From an uncultured Candidatus Binatia bacterium (lineage in GTDB: Bacteria; Desulfobacterota; Binatia; Bin18), in contig OZ241744.1 in assembly GCA_965200965.1 (NCBI GenBank), positions 3,072,001-3,136,000 of the forward strand: a stretch of 64,000 nucleotides of DNA. Reading direction: 5' to 3'. Position 1 is the stretch's first letter. Each line of letters begins with the position of its first letter. Of the stretch, positions 60,199 to 64,000 are shown one piece after another. The notes beneath the pieces are model-generated. The model was not told the origin of the DNA and did not search any database. It saw only the letters and a list, made by a program, of their open reading frames with translations. A program made the position numbers and the translations under genes.

Positions 60199-61074
60199 TT
60201 AGTGGCGGCGCTCGCGCAAGCGAAAGAAGCGCAACAGCACCTCAACATACGAGCGGTCGGTTCGGACGGCAATTGTATCAATGCCCGCACCGCGCAGCGT
60301 GCGGGCGCGTTGGCGTCTGGCTTCCTCGGCTCGCTGCTCAAACGCCTGACGGACGCGCCGGCTCCCCGTATCAACCGTCAGCCGCTCACCGGTCTCGGCA
60401 TCCTGAAAGACCATGAGGCCGACATCCGGTAGCGTCCACTCGCGCGGGTCATCCAGCATCACCCCGATGACATCGTGCCGGTGACTGGCGATCTTGAGTG
60501 CCAGGCCGGCCCCGGCGTCCAGAAAATCGGAAATCAGAAACACCACCCCGCGCCGCTTACTGACACGATTGAGATGCTCAAGCGCGGCGGCAATATCCGT
60601 GCCCGCGTGTTGGGCCCGAAAAGATAAGACCTCACGAATGACCCGCAGGACGTGGCGGGCACCCTTCTTCGGTGCCAGGCTCAGCTCAACCCGGTCACTG
60701 AACATGACCAGGCCGACCTTGTCGTTATTGCTGATCGCCGAAAAGGCAAACAGGGCTGCCATCTCGGCCGCCATCTCGCTCTTGAGCTGAGAGACCGTGC
60801 CAAAACGGGTCGAAGCGCTGGCGTCAACCACAAGCATCACCGTTAGCTCGCGCTCTTCAACAAAGCGTTTGAGGTGCGGTATCCCGGTCCGGGCGGTGAC
60901 ATTCCAGTCAATTGCCCGGATATCATCGCCCGGCAGATAGTGGCGGACCTCGGCAAACTCCATGCCCTGGCCCCTAAACGCGCTCTGGTACTGGCCGGCA
61001 AACAGATCGCTGACCAGGTGGCTCGTCCGCACATGGATCTTGCGGACGGTTTTGAGCTGTTCGGTGCTCAGCAT
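60199..61074 (-). CDS. DUF58 family protein
   Basis: G.GMEF.EVR.Y.PGDDIR.IDWNVTAR, EEREL, ISDF. Confidence 0.92.
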   Translation of the reverse strand: MLSTEQLKTVRKIHVRTSHLVSDLFAGQYQSAFRGQGMEFAEVRHYLPGDDIRAIDWNVTARTGIPHLKRFVEERELTVMLVVDASASTRFGTVSQLKSEMAAEMAALFAFSAISNNDKVGLVMFSDRVELSLAPKKGARHVLRVIREVLSFRAQHAGTDIAAALEHLNRVSKRRGVVFLISDFLDAGAGLALKIASHRHDVIGVMLDDPREWTLPDVGLMVFQDAETGERLTVDTGSRRVRQAFEQRAEEARRQRARTLRGAGIDTIAVRTDRSYVEVLLRFFRLRERRH

Positions 61075-61101
61075 AGGTGCGCCCCTCGCCGGCGTACCGG
61101 C

Positions 61102-62121
61102 CTAGGGCACTGGCACGCCGTCCAGAATGCGCTCCACAATGCGCTCCGCACTGATGTCTTCGGCCTCGGCCTCATAGCTTACAATGATCCGGTGGCGCAA
61201 CACATCCGGGGCGAGCGATTTCACGTCTTGGGGGGTCACATAACCGCGGCCGTTCAGCAGAGCGTGGGCCTTGGCGGCGAGTGTCAGATACAGGGTCGCC
61301 CGCGGCGAGGCACCATACTGGATGAAACGTTGCAGGTCGAGCTGATAGGCGGTCGGCTGCCGAGTGGCAAAGATCAGGTCAAGAATATAGTCCTTGATCT
61401 TGTCGTCGAGGTAGATGCGATCGACCACACCCCGCAGCCGGAGTATATCGTCCGTCTGAAGCACGGTCTGAGCGCCGGGGTGGTCAGCGGTCGAGGCCAT
61501 CACATCCAGAATGTGGCGCTCCTCCTCTTTTGACGGATAGCTGACCCACACCTTCAGCATGAAGCGATCGACCTGGGCCTCGGGCAGCGGATAGGTGCCT
61601 TCTTGTTCAATCGGATTCTGGGTCGCCAGGACCAGAAAGAGCGTGGGCAGCGGATAGGTTTCCTCCCCGATCGTCACCTGTCGTTCCTGCATGGCTTCGA
61701 GCAGGGCGCTCTGCACCTTTGCCGGCGCACGGTTGATTTCGTCAGCCAGCACGATATTGGCGAAGATCGGGCCTTTCTTGGTGGTAAAGCTCCCATCGCG
61801 CGGACTGTAGACCAGCGTCCCGATGAGATCGGCCGGCAACAGATCGGGGGTGAATTGCAGCCGCTGGAAGCTGGCGCTCAGGGTCTGGGCCAGGGTCTTG
61901 ACCGACAGGGTCTTGGCCAGTCCAGGCACGCCTTCAAGCAGAACATGGCCGCTGGCCAACAGCCCGATCAGGAGCCGGTCAATCAGCGCGCGTTGACCAA
62001 CGATGACCCGACCCATTTCTTCCCGCAAACGGGTGAGGGCGGGCACTTGGGCCTGCACCTGCTCGTTGAGCGCACGCATACCGACCGCCTCTTGCTGTTC
62101 GACCGCCCGATCATCATCCAT
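61102..62121 (-). CDS. moxR: MoxR AAA+ ATPase
   Basis: EGVPGLAKT, QFTPDLLPAD, DEINRAPAKVQSALLEAM, ATQNPIEQEGTYPLPEAQ.DRF. Confidence 0.95.
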   Translation of the reverse strand: MDDDRAVEQQEAVGMRALNEQVQAQVPALTRLREEMGRVIVGQRALIDRLLIGLLASGHVLLEGVPGLAKTLSVKTLAQTLSASFQRLQFTPDLLPADLIGTLVYSPRDGSFTTKKGPIFANIVLADEINRAPAKVQSALLEAMQERQVTIGEETYPLPTLFLVLATQNPIEQEGTYPLPEAQVDRFMLKVWVSYPSKEEERHILDVMASTADHPGAQTVLQTDDILRLRGVVDRIYLDDKIKDYILDLIFATRQPTAYQLDLQRFIQYGASPRATLYLTLAAKAHALLNGRGYVTPQDVKSLAPDVLRHRIIVSYEAEAEDISAERIVERILDGVPVP

Positions 62122-62211
62122 AGCGTATAGCGTTCCTCCGCTCGCCGAGGTCTCCAACCGCCCCATGTCGCGCGGACGGAGCCGGCGTAGCATTCACCGC
62201 CCGCCTTGTGC

Positions 62212-62240
62212 TTGACAATGGACAGGGGGGTGTATACGAA
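62212..62240 (+). promoter_or_regulatory. Possible sigma70 promoter of degP
   Basis: TTGACA-17 nt-TACGAA in a divergent intergenic region. Confidence 0.35.
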
Positions 62241-62293
62241 CATGGTGTTCAGCACGACTGAACAACGATATCTCAAGCAAATGTAGGGGATGT

Positions 62294-63796
62294 ATGCGCA
62301 TTCTTCAATCTCCCTGGTTGCCGGGAGCCGCTGTCCGGCAGAGTGGCCCGTCCTCTCTTTCTCTTGCGAAGCTCAAGATGAACCCCTGTGTCTTGATCGT
62401 CGTCCTGGGTGCGGGCTGGGTTTTACCGGGGATCGTGCCTCCGGCCCGGGCGGCGACACCGTCGGTCGCCGGGATTGCCCAGAAGTCGATGCCCGCGGTC
62501 GTCAATATCTCCACCAAGCGTAAACCCGAGCCCCGCGCTCAGCATCGGCGTCAATTCCCGCCTATGCCTGGCCCGTTCGGCCCGAACGACCCCTTTGAAG
62601 AGTTCTTTCGGCGGTTTGGCCCCAGAGAGCGCCCGCCCTCACGAGAGCAGCGCAGCGTAGGGTCCGGGTTCATTATCAGCCAGGACGGCTATATCGTCAC
62701 CAACAACCATGTCATTGACGGGGCAGACACCATCATCGTCCGCATGTCTGACGAAGAAGAGTACGAAGCCGCCCCGATTGGAACGGACGAAAAGACCGAC
62801 CTGGCGCTGATCAAGATTGAACCCAGACAGCCCCTCCCCAGCGTGCCGTTTGGCCAGTCGGCCAACCTGGAGGTCGGCAATTGGGTCATTGCCATCGGCA
62901 ACCCGTTTGGGCTGAGCCAGACCGTGACCATCGGGATTGTGAGCGCCAAGGGACGGGTCATCGGTGCCGGCCCCTACGACAATTTCATTCAGACCGATGC
63001 CTCCATCAACCCGGGCAATTCCGGCGGTCCGCTGCTCAACCTGCAAGGCGAGGTGATTGGGGTCAACACGGCCATCTACAGCCGGCGCGGCGGCAATATC
63101 GGCATCGGCTTTGCCATCCCGATTGATCTGGCCAAGTCGGTTGTGCAGCAACTCAGAGAAAAAGGTTCGGTCACCCGGGGCTGGCTGGGGGTGATGATCC
63201 AATCCGTCACCCCGGAGTTGGCCAAATCGTTTGACTTGGCAGACCCCAAGGGTGCCCTGGTGGCCGAGGTCACGCCCGACAGCCCGGCCCACAGAGCCGG
63301 CCTGGAGCGGGGCGACATCATTGTCGCCTTTAACCAGACCGAGATCGCCAACTCGCGCGATCTGCCCGCCCTGGTGGCCCAGACCCCGGTTGGCACACAG
63401 GCAACAATCGGTGTCTTGCGCGGAGGCAAAAGCCAGACCTTGGCCGTCACCCTGGGCGAACTCAAGGACGAGCGGCAAACCGAAATAACCAGCGGCAAAG
63501 CCAGCCCCGGCAACTGGGGCATGACGGTCACGGACCTCACGCCCGAGATCCGCCGCCGACTCCAACTCGAAGCCGCTCACAACGGCGTTGTTGTGTCCGA
63601 GGTCGATCCGGGGAGCGCGGCCAGTCGGGCCGGCATTCGGCGCGGGGACATCATCCAGGAAGTCAACCGCAGAGCGGTGGCATCGGTCCGCGATTTCATG
63701 ACAATCGTGTCCGAGATGCAGGACCAGGACCGTCTACTCCTCCTGATTCGTCGCAGCGACTTTACCTCATTCTTTGCCCTACGCCGGGAAGACTAG
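62294..63796 (+). CDS. degP: DegP/DegQ (HtrA) serine protease with two PDZ domains
   Basis: GSGFII, TNNHV, DLALIK, IQTDASINPGNSGGPL, two PDZ domains. Confidence 0.93.
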   Translation: MRILQSPWLPGAAVRQSGPSSLSLAKLKMNPCVLIVVLGAGWVLPGIVPPARAATPSVAGIAQKSMPAVVNISTKRKPEPRAQHRRQFPPMPGPFGPNDPFEEFFRRFGPRERPPSREQRSVGSGFIISQDGYIVTNNHVIDGADTIIVRMSDEEEYEAAPIGTDEKTDLALIKIEPRQPLPSVPFGQSANLEVGNWVIAIGNPFGLSQTVTIGIVSAKGRVIGAGPYDNFIQTDASINPGNSGGPLLNLQGEVIGVNTAIYSRRGGNIGIGFAIPIDLAKSVVQQLREKGSVTRGWLGVMIQSVTPELAKSFDLADPKGALVAEVTPDSPAHRAGLERGDIIVAFNQTEIANSRDLPALVAQTPVGTQATIGVLRGGKSQTLAVTLGELKDERQTEITSGKASPGNWGMTVTDLTPEIRRRLQLEAAHNGVVVSEVDPGSAASRAGIRRGDIIQEVNRRAVASVRDFMTIVSEMQDQDRLLLLIRRSDFTSFFALRRED

Positions 63797-63934
63797 ACAA
63801 GGCTCTCGTTTTACGGCTGGCCCCGGGCCGGGCATCCCGTCTGCCGCAAGACCGCGCGTCCAGCCCAGAGCATGTGCCGCTGGACTCAATAGTGAATGAG
63901 GCCATCATCTCAAAGGGCCTCCACTTTGGGGGAT

Positions 63935-64000
63935 ATGCTCCAGAGCCTCCCCTCACAACTGCTGCCAGTTACCGCCCTTGACCTGGAGACCAGCCGTCAG
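63935..64000 (+). CDS. Possible CDS start truncated by the window edge
   Basis: GGGGGA then ATG; open frame MLQSLPSQLLPVTALDLETSRQ. Confidence 0.3.
   Translation, partial: MLQSLPSQLLPVTALDLETSRQ

Noticed and set aside
54012-62121. moxR-DUF58-vWA-TPR operon as a novel system
   Set aside because: It is the well-described Bat/MoxR operon in its usual gene order.
2050-63580. Many long antisense and overlapping ORFs in the track (e.g. 23148-24299, 16390-17508, 62639-63580)
   Set aside because: Shadow ORFs expected in high-GC coding DNA; no motifs, and they overlap confident genes.

Overview
Window from a high-GC (by eye about 60-65%) diderm bacterium. I found no rRNA, tRNA, CRISPR array, integrase, transposase or reverse transcriptase. 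The backbone genes are intact: an ethylmalonyl-CoA pathway cluster (meaB, ecm, a two-domain epimerase, malyl-CoA lyase, mcd), a split methylmalonyl-CoA mutase large subunit, a moxR-DUF58-bat operon, degP, RNase Z, a luxE-luxC-aminotransferase operon and several hydrolases and oxidoreductases. Accessory islets sit between them. (1) 7.8-15.3 kb: a decaying FHA / PP2C / Ser-Thr kinase / two FGE-fold signalling module with no secretion system in the window. (2) 17.8-20.1 kb: a CTAG-rich islet with an RHH gene, hairpins, repeated 3' motifs and a secreted tandem-domain protein split near a G10 tract. That protein's N-terminus carries a 29-bp exact copy of a segment of the neighbouring hydrolase gene. 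(3) A two-gene type II R-M pair. (4) A Dcm-MORC-Z1 locus whose fourth gene has been deleted. (5) A lower-GC operon encoding a glycine-zipper membrane protein, a small helical protein and a HEPN-motif protein, fused to a ruined vapBC. This last operon is the best candidate for an undescribed defence system. Other leads are a redoxin-cold-shock fusion and a ferredoxin-zinc-ribbon fusion. The frameshifts I found are confined to accessory genes. All calls come from motif recognition by eye; no database searches were run.
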